Shown: positions 10,610 through 25,560, numbered from the stretch's first letter. The stretch is 64,000 bases of DNA from Schizochytrium sp. TIO01 (GCA_004764695.1 SMSO01000037.1:3944747-4008746); one strand, 5' to 3'. The notes: a model not told the origin generated them from the sequence alone. Numbers and translations: made by a program.

Positions 10610-12859
10610 TACAACTCTTAACAAGACCTGAATTCTGAAAATATTGTTTGATTTATTTACCGACCATGCATAAGAATTAAATGTTTGAGAGCAAATTGAT
10701 TAGAGAAGGCACTTGGGTTCCTTATTAGGTTCCTTGAGATGTGTAAGGTAATTGTTGGCTCGTAGGAACAAGTGTTTGCTGCCTAATTATGGCTTAAACG
10801 AGCCATCAATTCTTTGTTCCGTTACTTCACATGTTTTAGTGGGAAGCGCGTGCTTCTCATAGAAAGTTTTTCTACATATAAATTGAATGGTGGTGCTGAG
10901 TATCAATTGAACTCAAGTTTTTATTTTTTGTACGACCGAGGGTTATCACAATGGCGTTTGCAAATGCAGAGTTTCTATTTGTGTTGTTTCAGGTTATTTA
11001 ATTAAAAGTCGTATGTATTGTATGGTTGAACTCGGTTTCTCTTTGCGCGTGTTTCAGGGTTAAAAGAACTAGGAAAAAGTGTCTAAGCGACTAGTCATAA
11101 GAGCAAGGTGGAGAGCTGAGGAGGACCAAGAAACTAAATGCTCTATACGTACTGTCCAGCTGCACTGCTTAGCATTCACTTAGAACTCAATACTTATGTT
11201 TTGGCTGTTGACCTAAATCGCCATTAAAAGTGAAGAAGTCCACCAGAATGTCGGTACATCATTTGCTCAAACCTAGGGGACTGTGGGGGCTGGCGTTTTG
11301 CAAAATTCAATAAATGTGTTATGAAGCTTGGTATCTTCATAGTTTAACCTGCCTGCTGAGGGGCCCCAAAGGATCGAGTGTTCAACAAAACATGTTGCTA
11401 GCGCACATCCTATTCTCCGTAGCCGTACAGACGCGGTTTTTGGCCATTCTGCTCTGCTTTATTCTTTATACTAGCCTGTACGTAGTAAGCATTGTTAGTA
11501 CCATACTAGAGTTCCCTTCGAGGAAAAGGGCAGAAAGAACAAGAAAAAAAAAGAAGTAGAAGTGCATTAGGAACCAACACTGATAGTATTTTTCCTTAAC
11601 CAAGAATCTAGTTTTACTTATATGTACACTAGTACGTATTCATTGGCTGAAATTGGCATGGGTCTCTTCGAAATCACACCTACTCCTCAAAACTGAAGGT
11701 TCGAGCATCAGCCCATGGTGTCATTATAAATGTAAAGAGAGGATTCGTTTTCAGTGCTTTGCTTAGACACCTTTCTATTTATCAGTTGAGTGTTTCACAT
11801 TTATTTCAGGAATTAATTCGCTTGAAGATTACTCTGACAGCGTTTGTAGAGGTTTCTACCTCTGAAGTAAGGTTTAGTTTGCAGGCTTTAGGATTTGATA
11901 TTGCATCAAAGGTGCAACTGTATAGTGCTCAGACATTCAGAAGTCAAACAAAGTTAAAACAATTCAAATTTCTATAAACTCTAAACGCACAACATTATCA
12001 CCCTCTAGAGGTTGCTCGACTTTCCTTTTTCCCGCACATATTTATTTTCGAATTTGAATTCTGGAACATTGTTTTGTGAATTTAGCTCTCTCACTCGTGT
12101 TCAATTATTCGTGGCATTGTTTCTATTCATTTGTTGCATTCCGATCATACCTGGGAAACTATAAGAGTTACGCAGCTCGATCGCAGACTATGTACAGATT
12201 GTGTGATTTGCGGTCAAAGTTAGTAATACTTCATAAGGAAAGGCTCATTTTTAATCTTAAAGCATATCGACCATATGTATTTTAAATCAGGTAGTCAAAT
12301 TCTACAAAAGGAAAGATAATCAGAAGAACGTCAAATACAATTGGGCTTTATCTAGGTACCGATGATGATTAGAATATGTGTCGACTTTATAAAGGCTTCT
12401 TGTAATATATACTGTGCGAATATGCATTCAGTAGTTTGCGTTGACAATGTCCTACTGCATTAAGTCAATGCCATTGCTTTCTCAATATCAAAGTATGCTA
12501 AGTATAACTCTGTTCGGGTCTACTCGCCAGGTTTTACTCCGGCATTTCTTTTTAATGTAATCACATATGTTGATGTCAATTCGAAAAGTAATATTCCCAG
12601 AATGAATGGGATGATTTGATTAAAAAAATTATTACTCGTAATTCGACTATATAACAGACCCTTGCTAATCCTTGTAACTATTTGATGATTCCTATACATA
12701 CCTGCTTATAACTTGCGAGTCTAGAATAACCCTGTATTTATTGATAGTTAAGTTCGATCATTTATTCATTTATAGTTCTGCATCTCAGGCTGGAGAACAT
12801 TTGTTGAATTCGTTGGCCTCTCTTGTTTTAATATGTGTTCACTTTCTTGAGATATCAAA

Positions 12860-13930
12860 GGTTTTACCATAACCAGAATAAAATAGTGTGCATACACATA
12901 AAGAAATTGGTACGGGAAGTCATTGAAATTTATCAGTGAAGGTCAATAAAGTTGAGAACTCATCAGCTTTAGATATGGCAATACACATGCTATAGAGAAC
13001 TCCGTGTACAAATGCTATTGTCATGTTTTTGGTATATCGGCCGAAATGAGAATAGTATTTAGGGAGAGATCAGAATAATGTAAAAGGGAAAATGTTCGCA
13101 GTTTCGAGGGACGTAAATTCGTTTATATCTGCATAGTTCTGCAGTGACTGAAAAGGATCTATTATTCTGGTTGTCTAACGTTTAAGAAACAGGAATATCC
13201 ACTCACTTACTCATTTGCAGGTCTTGCAAAGCTATACCTTCAAAGACCAAGTCATAGGGATACACTCGGTCAGGTTTCGATTTAAATATTTTAGAATGGA
13301 GAATTAACACGAGCATCTACTAGTCAGGATTTAGTGTAATGCAGTATTCCAGTGTAAACAAAGTAGTATTTGCAATTTTCACTGTATTTAAGAGCTATAT
13401 ATTTAAAGGTTTCAGACTTAAGGATACAGAATTTCGCATGAACTTCTCTAGTAGATACGATCGACAGGCCTAAGAATAACTGATTGAATCTAAGCTTACA
13501 AAATGAGCATACGAACGATTCCCATTTACATCATCTGCATCAGATTTTATAGCTGCATCAATACAGTGTTGGAGCAATATATGGCTGACAGTATTTTAGA
13601 AACCCCTTTTCATCTTGAACCTTCTTAAACAGGCATAATATTGGCTCGCCTTCACTCCTGTACTAGGCAATACGAATTTGTTGAAGCACATAATAAATTC
13701 ACTTTGCATGAAATTTCTTCAGAGTTTCATGCATCGTTTGATGAACTCGGATAATCGGAATCAGATTGGAGGTTCACGTGTGCCTCCCCAAAGCGCATTA
13801 ACTATCTCTTATGAATCTATATCGAGCTGTATTATTCTTCAACATAGGTGAGGATACTTTTTATGGTGAAACAAGGTAGTTAGACTGGCATGTTTCACAC
13901 AAGATAACCCCCGAACCATCCATTTGAGGG
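12860..13930 (-). pseudogene. Decayed piggyBac-like transposase remnant
   Basis: Minus-strand translation across stops and frameshifts gives motifs in piggyBac order: WFGGYLV (~13900), TARYRF..EIVNAL (~13820), EFIMCFNKFVLPSTG..SQYY...KKGFLKY (~13600-13700, cf. IDE.M.PF.GR..QY.P.KP.K.G), YYFVYT..HYT (~13350), KPDRVYP (~13270), YS...SKADEF (~12970). Termini not established. Confidence 0.55.
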
Positions 13931-14907
13931 TGGTACATCTAGCTAGATACTTTTACTTTGATGAAGAACGAAGAAGATTTCTATTTGTTTGTTTTAAGAT
14001 TTGATGCCATTTTCCACCTTTGCTTTGGGAGAATCGCTCTTTGTGAAAATAATTGCTATTTTCTATTGTTATTGACCTTCAGGTTCTCGATCCTGGATTT
14101 ATTCGATTGCACCGAAATTGCGTCTCGGCTTTGAGTGTGTGCCTGCGTATGGTGAAGCTCACCGTGCAAACTTGCACTTTAAAAATAAAAAACCAAAATA
14201 AGAATTAACATGGGCACACGCTTTCGTGGAGTCTTTCAACGTTTTATTAAAACTTGTAGAATAAAATCATCAAAATGGTTTTCCTACAAGAGTGGCAAAA
14301 GTATTATAGTCCAGTACTATGATTAACTCGTACGTTTAGGACTTTAAAGGATGTGAGCATCACTTCAGACTCGGATTGGCGGCCATTGATTAAGGTGTCC
14401 GAACTTGAGGGGGGGGGGGGAAGGGTAATCTAAAAGAATGTAAGATGTTAGCAAAAGAACCAAAATATTCTTTTTTATGAGTACTGATTTCTATTACAAT
14501 GAAGGATAACAAAAGGGCGCAAATATGTAATTTACGTTTGATCCAAATATGCTGGATTCGGAGTCTCACACCGCACTTGGCCTTTTCAAAAGAAAAAGGA
14601 AAGGTTGAGGTGGGGTGTCTGTAGTTTTAAAAACTCGAATAGCGAATAATGGCCAGCTAATTTCTTTTGATGGCGGACCGAAATCCAGCACGGGGCCGGC
14701 ATTTTTGAGGGGCGCTTTAAAAGATACCCTGGTCGCTAGTTCAAGCTCCAGTACATGTGGTGCAGTGGTGCAAGAAGGGCCTTTGGCATGTTATACCAGA
14801 AGATTTTCAATTTTTTCATATACTTGTATAGTTCCCGGGCAAACACAGCACGCATCCGCAGTAGCTTTGGGGGTTTCATACATAATTTTGGGCATACTTG
14901 AACATTT

Positions 14908-14955
14908 CACTCCAGGGGTAATTATTAAACTTTCCACTCCAGGGGATATTATTAA
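14908..14955. repeat. 27-bp-period tandem duplication (cactccagggg..attattaa)
   Basis: Copies at 14908 and 14935; a related gggataattattaa at ~15327. Confidence 0.8.
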
Positions 14956-15720
14956 CAGGTCGTAGACAGCACGTGTAGGAAAAGCCGAAAGTGGATATCA
15001 GAAAAGGTCGCGCGCTCCAGATTGAAGGTTAGCGCCAACTTGAACGTCTTGACACGGCTGACTCAGCTTTTCATTTTCGTCTGTGTTAGCTCAATAAATT
15101 CAACCCCTCGCTACCAAGATTGGGACAGCCTTAATATGTCCTAATCGGAATGAATGGTCTACTGCTTTGAATATGTGCCTAAAGGTCAAGCATTTAAAGA
15201 GAACAATCCTTCTAGATTGAACTTATCGAGGCAGCGACAGAGCCTGGTCGCTCGGTATACAGGGTGTATGAGTCGTTACCTAATACGCTCCTGTCGAGAG
15301 CCTGGATCTAGAGGCATCACTAAAGCGGGATAATTATTAAGCTAGGTAGCTTCACTTATCTGTGTAGAGTTTACAACTAGCTTCTCACTCCTGTGGATTT
15401 TCGCTTACAAACTTAGTGTGCGAAAAAGTCAACGCGCACCTGGCCGAGGCAAATCTATTAGGCATCATCGCTGAAGCTTTGGGGGCGGGCAATACACCGT
15501 GGAGAGATGAGAAAGCAGCTCCGCAGGTACTGGAGGGAGAAAGTCGGAGCTGCGATCGCCGATTCCATGCTTTCTGTGAATACTCGCAGACGCATCGCAC
15601 GTTTCCTGATCATTCTTATCCACCAATCGATCAGTTTTGTAGGCCACTGTGATTGTTTCCTGACTGTTGCGCAGATACCTGAAACCCTAGCGTTCATTAC
15701 CTACAGAAGAAGGCATATTC

Positions 15721-15795
15721 AATTCAATTCAATTCAATTCAATTCAATTCAATTCAATTCAATTCAATTCAATTCAATTCAATTCAATTCAATTC
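15721..15795. repeat. (AATTC)15 microsatellite
   Basis: Perfect pentamer array read directly. Confidence 0.98.
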
Positions 15796-18700
15796 AACAG
15801 TCTGAGTGTATTCCAAGACCACACACTCTGTAACTTGCGTAGCGGTGCACAGAATTTGTAAGACCATTAGGAGTAAGTAATAAACATTCCTCGGTTTGAG
15901 TGTGTGTCTTGTTCTTGCTCGTTTGTAGATGATGATCCAACATTCTTGCTACTTTGAGCTTACAAAAGGTACCAGCAGTCATAGCGCTCTCTACTAGCTG
16001 AGTTGAAATGGCGAATGTGAAGTTAGAAGTCAGTCGAGGGACGAGTATTTGGCTGCCGGTTCTTTCCAAAACTTCTTACCAGATAGCACTCGAGCAGCAG
16101 AGATTTTGATGCGAAACCCGGCAACTTGAACGATCGTAGATACTGGAAAGTAGGTAGATTGGCAGGGACATAGGTATACATACACTAACAATTCGCTGCT
16201 TCTAGTTCCTAATCTTCGTCCATAATTACGGCAGCACAGCACTCTTTTGGCATAACTTTAGCACACTAAAACGCAAGCCTCCTCAAACTTCAACAGGCAA
16301 TCAATTACTTGTACGGCTTGCCCGCCTGCCTGGCTGCCTGTGCAAATAGTTTGCTTGCCTGTCTCTTCCCTTGCTTACCGTGTCCGAGTTCGAGTCCTGC
16401 TCGAGTTGAAATGGCAATTCGTATCGGTCTATCATTTACGAGAAACTATACGGGTCTTTAGCCCCTTCCGCGATATGCGTACGCCGCAGTTGTCCTGAAG
16501 CAGCGAACTGTGGCGATCAGCGGCGACAGCTCTGTTGGTTTTTATCTAGCTCTCGTACTGCTTCCTACCAGATGCAGACGCTCCAGGGATGGCCAGGCTT
16601 CCCACCGTGGAGGGAAAACCGCACAAGCGTGTTCTTCAGACTTGGACCTTTCGCGCAAGTCTACAAGGCGTTGTTGGGTTGTTTGCATCATCTTCGCCAA
16701 ATCTGATCTCTAGAGTCAGTAACTTTAGATTTTACAAGTATTAATCAAAATTACCTTTTCTCCGCTTCTTAATTTTTAATTTTAATTTAAAAAAAGAGAG
16801 AGAAATAAAAGCCTGCTTCGTGTGAAGAATATGGTGATGATGCCCATGCTCATAATACTTTCACTGCCTTCGATGTTCGAGCATCAGACGGAGAAGGCCA
16901 ACGTCGATGCCAATGGAGTGACCGCAACTAACAAGCCTGCCGGTCAGATCTTCTTCAGGTTACACCGCAAAGCAGCCCGCCCAAAACAACGAAAGCAAGC
17001 TTTTCGATGCCATGATCCATCCAAGATCTGTCGATCTCTGTTTTCCTACCAGAACTAAGCCACGTTCATCATTCTCAATATGATGCGAGGTCGACTAATT
17101 TGCTTACAGCAAGCAAGCAAGCAGAGCCGTCAGTTACTCGTATCCGCAGCGGAAGAAAGGAGCAGGCAGGCCTCCAGAGAATACGCAGGCACTGCTTGCC
17201 GTCTTTTGTAATTTTTATCGTCGTCGTTCGCTGTCGAAAGTATAATCTAATTCTTTGTTGGCAGGCAGGCAGACTTCGACTTTGACTTCTTGACCTGCTT
17301 CTGAATGAACATGGACTCCGGGGGAGTGGCGTTCCCTTTGTTGGTAAGGATCCTAGAGCGCCTCCTGCCTCTGCCTGCATGCCTCTCGACGCCGATTGAT
17401 TCCGACTTGGCGGTCGACAGTCACAGCCCGCGCGGCGAGTTCAAGCTAAAGCTTGCCCTGGCCGTCCGCAACAGGGACAGCGCCGCTCAAAGAGGCCAAC
17501 AGGGACGTGGGGACATTTGTGAACGAATGGGTGAATGAGCCAATGAGTGAATGAGTGAATGCAAGCAATCTGGGAGCGGAAGAGCTGACTGACTTGACAT
17601 GCGCTTGTTGGAGCAAATTTTCCAGCGGCCGACCTCGATTTTATTCTCTCCCGCAAGCGCCACAGGCTGACTGAGGGGATTGACACAGCCTCCACCATCG
17701 ACCCAGACTTGGCGACAGTCAACTCAACTCAACTCAACAAGAAACCTCAGAGAGCTAGCTCGCTAGCCAATCGCTCGCGCTTGCTTGCTGACGCTTCACC
17801 ATGGTGTTCTTCAGTCCTCATTCTCACTAGCACGTAGCTAGTGCATTCCTAGCATTTGCGGTGGTACCAGCTTTTCATATTTTTTTTTTATAAACAGAAA
17901 GAAAGAAGAGAAGAAGTGGCGTGATTCTGTTCAGGCTGAAGATAGCAGAATCTTTACGATGGGGACTATCTGTAGACAGTAAGAGAAACTATTGAAATTA
18001 AAATAAAATAAAATAAAGTAATATTATCTTGTGCAAGTGAATATGAAAGAAAACAGAAAGAAGATTGAAATTATGACTAAAAGAAAGCTTTCCTTCAAAA
18101 ATAGAAACAGCCCAAAGAAGACAAAGGCAGGAATGTTACGGAAGAGAAAGACAGAGCTGTTCACTTCTACTAGTAGTGGTGTTACAGTGGCGCAGGTACG
18201 CGGGGTGTGTTCGTTTAAAATCTTAAAGGTAAACTTGGAAGACCCCGAAGGCCAATAAGAAGACGAGAGGGAATCAGAACTACCTCCCTCCTAACCGTTA
18301 GTTAAGCACCTCCTAACCCCCCCTTGTTTTAAAGAGATCCACCAACCTCCAGACGCAAGTAGAAAAGAAAACAACGTCTAGCGAGCGGACTGCAGCCACT
18401 GATTTGTTTAGTTCACAGTCTATCTCTATAGCTGAACGCGATTGGTTTATTATTAAAGTTTAGTCAGCGCAGGCGCCCTCAGCATTGAAGTTTGGACAGG
18501 AAGAGAGAGAGAGAGAGAAATCTACTGCAAAGATGTAAAATATATTTACAGTGATTTTGTTGCTAGTTGTGCTTAAAGTTAATTTTATTACAACATACAA
18601 TATAATTATCTAATTTTTAAAAAAAGTATGTATGGATAGTTGAAATAAGCGTAGATTGAAAGTAGAGCCTGTCGCTCATCAAAGAACAATTTTATTCCCA

Positions 18701-19311
18701 GCAGCGGGCTTTTTCGTAAATAGCAAGCCCCCAGTTCAAGTAAAGATACAGCACTCTTTTTGTCCAACATTCCAAACGAAGGTATAGATAAAAGGTTTGA
18801 AGCAAAGAAGAATTTTGAACTCTAGCTTGGTTCACAGCCATCGATCACGATGAAGTTGATCTTTGTTTTCTACTCTTCGTCTTCTCCAACTCTCACTCCT
18901 CGAACTTCTTCTACCTTTACTGCGAGTTCGCCTTCCCAAAGCTTTGGAGTGCGAGGTGACTCCCCGGCCTGATTTGCCACAGACTTTCTTTTTTGAGGAT
19001 AAAAGAAGTCGTAGCAGCATCAGAGTTCTATGGAGAGACACAGGCTCTGAAGAATATTCTTCTACGAAATCGAGGCAGCCAAAAACTTGCAACAAATGAT
19101 ATCCAGTGAAATCCGAGCTCGTGGGTTCTTCTGCAACGGTCCGGGCCAGGCGGGATATTGAACAAGCTTATGTTATGCTGGCTGACTGGCAACACGGCCG
19201 ATTCACCACCGGACCACGATTGATTGCAAAGCCGAACGGACGCTTTCGAGGCCGCTCTTATTGGAGAACTGGGTGGGTGGGCATCTACCTACCTTCGAGT
19301 TGTTTGGTTGA

Positions 19312-19312
<1 letters not shown>

Positions 19313-19342
<30 letters not shown>

Positions 19343-19358
19343 CTTCTTCTTCTTCTTC
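19313..19358. repeat. (CTT)15 microsatellite
   Basis: Read directly. Confidence 0.98.
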
Positions 19359-22300
19359 GTTTTCTAAGACTAGCCACTTGGGTAGATGTTGTATTCTGAT
19401 TCCTTCAAAAACAGAAAGAAAGTAAAGCGTGGAAAATAAGGCGCAATCATCTCTGTTCGATACCTGCTTTTATTAGGTATCTACTATTTACCCTACGACA
19501 GCACACGGTAAAACTTCAAAAAGGGTGCCATCAAGATTCTGCCTGCTTTAAAAGATCAGCGCTTTTCCTCTATAGCACGGAATAAGAGAGGCTTTTGTCA
19601 AAAGGGGATTTTCTTCCTGTATATATTTTCTTCGCTGGCTTGGTTGGCAAAAGAGAAATCATAAAGAGAGAACCACTAAACTTGGTACTACCATTACTTA
19701 TTTTACTACTACTGCATTAAAGCGAGTGAGCGAGTGAGTGATTTAGTAATTAGTGAGACACCCTTGAAAGAAAATAAAGAATAAACGAAGAAACGATGAA
19801 TTTGGCATTAAAAACAGAAGAGGTGCTGGAGAGTTAGTCATTCGTTAGGCTCTCTGTCAAGGACAGCGATCAGAACTATCAAGGGACCCGGGACTTCAAA
19901 AGTTCCGCCACTGGTGATATTGCATCAGTTCAGGCACAGGGTTCTATGAACCCATAAACCCGAAGCCGCCGGTTCGGAGGGGCAACGCAGCACGAACCGC
20001 AATGCCGTCAAGGCCCTGGTTGACAAATGGATTTTCAACCACAGCTCCCACATCCTCAAGAAGCTCTTTCATCCGATGGATATACTTTGTTCTTGTCTAC
20101 CACAGATATCTTCCCCACAAAGACCCAACCTTTACATCCGTGCCTCCTCGAGTTCATCACTCCAGCACGATTACCACAATTAGTAAAACAGCTCATCTCA
20201 AATCAACAGAAGAAATCGTGCTGGAGTATATGGCATAACATTTGTTGAAAATAGGACAAAACAAGACGGGAAAAAGAAAAGCAAACAATAGGTAGGAAGG
20301 TGCGCACCTACTTAATAATGAAGTATTTAACTTTGAAAGGGTTTTAGTTTTATTAATGAAAATCTTTGTTAATGCAATATTAAAATTCATAAATAATGAT
20401 ATAGAGTAAGGGGAATTAAGAGATTAAATTGAATTAACAGTGATTGAGAAAAATAAAGCGTCACACTTACTAATAATAAAGAAGGCCTCTTTAATCCTTT
20501 ATTTAATAGATGATTTCAGAGGGAGTAGGACTGTTGAGAGAAATGGCTGGTAAGCTGATCTTGACAGCACTGGCGCGGGAGATGATTCGCTACCAAAGTA
20601 TCTTAAATAAAATATTGTATAAGACCGAGCGAATAACTTTATACTTTGCATGCTGCGTCTGTGCGTCTTGTCTGCCGCGTCTGCGAGGGTTGTATAAGAT
20701 GGTAGAAGAGACAATTGGTTGGCCTGCGGTGGGGCACGAGCTCAAGGGCTACCGTGTTTCGAACGGTGGGCTTAAGCTACCAAGCACCACTACACTGTGG
20801 ATGTAGGGTTGGTTTGTGATGGCGTTGTTTTTGCGGCTAGTGTACCTAGAGAAAATATTTGCACTCTTAGATGGAGGACGACTACAGGTTGCAGAAAAAA
20901 CCTCTGATTCACAAGCAAATGATCTTCATTTTATTGGTGCCAAGGCGAGAAACATATACTCAAAATGGCGCGACCCTCTAACTGTCAATCCTTTGGCAGC
21001 GTTTTATGAAAATGAATCGCGACTTTGCTTGGCTGAATTTGTTTATGTAGAGAAATCGACCCGGCTGTTGTTTCCAATCAAAAATTTGCTTCAGGTTTGT
21101 TGAGATGGCTCGCTGTAGTAGGTGCAAAATATCCAAGTTGAATAATTTGGCCAGGTTTGAATCCCCCCTCCCCCAAGAAAAGTTTGTCGTGGAGTCTACA
21201 GTGCGAAAGAGCGAGCATGCAGAGCTAAACTTGAGCGTATACAGGAATCCGCGAAAATGTATAAAAATCAAGATGGATGGTGCTTTACACTCAGGGCTCT
21301 TATCTTCTTCTGGCTGCTTACTTCTTGCTATGCTGGACCGAAAACGGGATAGCCTCCATTGCAAGAGTCGTCAAAATAAGGCCACTCTCTGATTCAAATA
21401 TGTAGGCAGGTACAAGTACTCGCAAATTACAGATCTCAGATGGCTGGCGTCGCAGCAGCGCCCCGTAGAATACTCAAGCTTAATTCCCTTTAACTTAAAA
21501 AAAATAGAGAGAAAAGAATGAGTCGGCCAGTTGCTGCTATTCCCACCACACGTGCGCGGCTAATATTAGAATCACAGGCCCTGCTTTCCTGTGTTATTCG
21601 TATGAAAGATTGAAAATTTATTATATTTCAATTAAAAAAATTGTGCTTATTAGTCGAAGAGAATAATAATATAGTTAATTTAGAAAATATGCCTTCCATG
21701 CAAATAATTCTAATATTTTTGTTTTATTTTTTTAAACTTTTTAAAAATAAAAAGAAGAATAAATAGGAAAGAAAAGACTTTGTCATACTTGAACAAGTTT
21801 CAGGTTCATATTGAACGCGAGTGGTTTGCCTCTGCAAATCAATTTATCTGCAAGTGTAAGCTTTACGCCATTGTGAAACGACAACTCTGTCTTTTTAAAC
21901 ACTAAGCCAAGAAATGAGGAGAGGATTCGCAAGTTCTGGTCTAATATTCTGGGAACATCGGCTGAGTAGTAATAGGACCTACCTGCTGAGTAGTGACAGT
22001 TTAAAAGGGCTTTAATTGCTCAAAAACACCTTTACCACCGTTGGTACAAAATAGTATGAGACACTGGAAGAATATTTTTTACAACAAGCCAAAGAAGTAG
22101 TTCCGTAGCGCTGGCACGTGTAAGCTGGATAATGCTGCAGTTGGCCCAGAGGAAATGATCAGCTCCAGCCAAATGCTGTGCACTAGTATTCCAAAATGAT
22201 GCATTACACATGGAAAAAGAGCGATCTTCTCAGTAGGCTCCATCAAGTTAGCTGCTGCCATCTCCATCGATGCTAGTGTGGTAGGTAACCTAGAAACGAG

Positions 22301-25300
22301 ATTGGCGATTTACTTCTGGGGGTTTGGGGTAGGTCGAGCCTAGTGCAGCACGAGACTCTTCTTCTGCCGCCGCGCGTCTCCACCGCACGCACAGCATTGG
22401 ACAGCTTACGCGTGCGCTAGGGTATCAGAGAAATGTAGACCACCTATCTTCAGCATGCTTAAGTGATCGACTCACTTGGACTTTAGCGTTGATTGTTCTA
22501 AAAGTTAAAACCTTAGGGTACAGGAGATTTGAGGTAACTTGCAACGTGTGAAATAGTTGCACGCAACGCACCACTACAGCACGGAAATTTTCTGTGTAAG
22601 CTCCTCCCCAAGGTCTCCTTAGCGATGATTTCGGTCTTGAACAGATGCTTTTGAGCAAGTAAGAACTCACCTACAGAGAGGGGAATCTGTACCAGCTTCG
22701 TCACTCTTGATCAACTGCTAGGTGTTGCACGGCCATTGTTGCAGCTGTGAAGTGAGTGATACCGTAAGCTACTTGTAGAAAGGTATAGTAGGGGATCTCT
22801 TACAACCATACCGTCAAATTGCAGTTGAACGTCAGACTACACAAGACACTTGAAACCAACAAAAGCAATTTGAATCAAACACAGTACCAGGGAGGTGCAT
22901 CTCTGTACTTAAAAAGCGAAAGGTGTTTTGTTGTAATGCAAATATATATTCAATTTTTGCTCAAAAGATCTCCAAATTCATGCAAGAGTAGACGCGGGGC
23001 CTGGCTTGCTACCATGCTGCATTTTGGGGTCCATATATAATAGCATGATTCGCGGCTTTCATCTCAGCAATTTATGTTAATTACCTTGCTTTGATTAGCA
23101 ATGCCAAAATCTCCCAAAATACGCATGGGCAGGGGCTTTAGTTGCGCATGGGCTGATATTGTAAGGCGAATTTCCTCTCTGCCTTGGGTACTGTTTAGAG
23201 TGTCATTTTTAGCAACACTTGCGCTCCAACTTCAGCTGTTGCTAAAAATGTTGTAGCAAAAGGCTTCGGCTTCTACTATTTACATAGAGAGACATATCAA
23301 TAGACTGAGACTAGGACTTGCCTTGCTCGAACTGCAGCTTCTTAGTCTAAGTTGTCCAAATTGCCCAATCGTGCAGAGTAAAACGGAATTGCAATAAACA
23401 GATGATTAAATAACAGAACACACCCTTTAAATAATAAAAGATCAAAATATAACAGCAAAAGTCACCAATTTCTCTCTCGAAAGACAGAAGTGGGAAAGAA
23501 CAAGAGATTGGATGGCATCGCTACCCAATTGGTGTTCTTCAGTTGGCAGTGGGGAATGCTCCAACAACTTTTGAAGCCATTTTCAACAGTCGATCATTTT
23601 TAGGCAAGCGTTCGAGGGAGTGTATGATCTGGGAGCTTCTATCTCGTCGAAGTACACTCTCTCATTTAGGGGTGTACTGTCCTCGTAGTGGACTACTTGC
23701 TGGTGTCTTACTCTTACTCGATTCAAATAAGTAGTCCGCGCCGCCTGACTCCCGGACATCGTCGGCCAAACGTTTGATTGAAATAAAAATCCAAGCAGAG
23801 TAGCATGTTGAGCAAAATAAAAGATGGGCACGATAGCAATCGTAGCAAAGGATTACCGTATGTACGATATACTGAAATCTCCACAATACCTTAAAGGGCA
23901 GGACTCTCAAGCTCAAATTCTCCGCCCTCCCCGTACTTCGTCCTCAACGAAAAGAAGCCAATACAGCACGATTGCAACTCAAAAGAAAGTGTTGGATATA
24001 CAATTGGACGATTCTTCTTTTGAAACTTTGTTGAAACTTTGTACAGTTGGCGCGTCTGATCTTGGACTCGCCTGGCTCCGGAAGCTCGTGGGGAACAGCG
24101 GAACAACCCGGAAGCTCTGACACCCACGTTTAGCATGGGACTAAATGAAGTATCATGAAGTTTGTAACGATTGTGTACTACGTAGTCCTTTATCTTCTAC
24201 TAAACAACCTTTTTCGATTATTATATTAAAAAAAGAAAAGAAAAATCATAGGAAAGAAACTAAATCAACCTTAAAATGACGACGACATTCCCTGACTCCA
24301 TTACAACAGGCGAGCGATCATGCCAGCACTCGGTTGCACCAGACGTAGGCGCTGCAGCACGACAAATCGCTCGCACGGGCCGTTCCTTTCACTGTAAGGC
24401 CGACCATCTGCCGCGCGAGCTCGTTTTCCCATTATCCTTATTACCAAGATGTTATAATTTGCACATTTTGTCAGGTGGACAAATGTTTGCGTGCTAAAAT
24501 GATAGGAATGCTCTCGCATTCAATTACTTACCGAGAAAAGCCTTAGCACGGAAAGAACTCGTTCAAGCTCTGCTCTGCTGCAATGAAGTCAATGGCTGCC
24601 TGAAGGCGCTCGAGGGAGGCGTGGAACTGCCAGCGAACGAGTGGACCTTATTCGCACTTTTCTTTCCAGCGAATGTCTGTTTGACTGATTGGTCAGTTGA
24701 CTGTTTTTTTTGTTTTTTTTAAAGGGATTGGTTTGTTCGTTCACATTTATTTGTAAGGAAAGTTTCATCGTAGTTTTTACTTTTGTGCTTGCGCGAGGAA
24801 ACGGAGAATCGCACTGGGAGCGCCGCGGCGCTTCTTGAGCGCTTCCGTGCTGGTGCGGGAGGTAGGTGGGCCCTGGAAAAGCTGGAATCACCACACGGTG
24901 TAGGTCCCCTCCCGTAGCCAAGATTTTCAACGCGCATTCTTTCTCAAGGAACTTCCACAGGTAGGGTTCCCTTTCCCATTTGCAGATTATTGTGTGGAGG
25001 TGTGTGGGGGTGTCTGCGGGAGGAGCCTTCCACTGTGGAGCGTTCGTGAGAGGCGTGCAATCAGGGCGGAGTTTGCTGCATTCGCCGCCTGCCTCGCGAC
25101 TTGTCCATATCTGCGCGCTATGGTGTGGCCTCGGCGGTATGCCCTAAGCAGAGATCCTCAAGGATCAGAGGCTGCGCGAGCGAATCGGCAGCGGAAGAAG
25201 ATTCCGGAGAGACCGAAGACGAGGAAGCCACGAGTTGGCAGACGGCGAAAGATCACCAGCTATCTATCTAACGAAGTTTCTACTTGAACTCGTGCTTCTG

Positions 25301-25560
25301 GTGTTCGGCACCCGCGAGAGCTGCCCGTAATATTATTTCGACAACTGGACCAGGAAGCTGCGAGAAGCTCTGCTGCATGCGTCAGCTTGGTGAGATCTTC
25401 ACACAGCGAAAGAGCGAGTGCTTTCTCTGCTGTCAAACAAACGAAGCAACAGCAACTGCCAGCAAAGCTAAGAGCAAGCGCACTCGCAGGACAAGGAGGG
25501 GTCGCGGGGTTACAACAACTCGTCTCGATTAACTGCCGAATGCGAGCAGTACCGAGGTAT

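Noticed and set aside
15721-15795. CRISPR-like or telomeric array
   Set aside because: Simple tandem pentamer with no spacers; internal and short.
21100-21180. tRNA-like 3' end (ggtttgaatccccc..cca); also B-box-like gttcgagtcc at ~16388
   Set aside because: T-stem and acceptor stem do not pair; no cloverleaf.
20510-21392. Three consecutive ~95-aa plus-strand ORFs suggesting a pseudogene
   Set aside because: No recognisable motifs or codon bias; cannot be supported.
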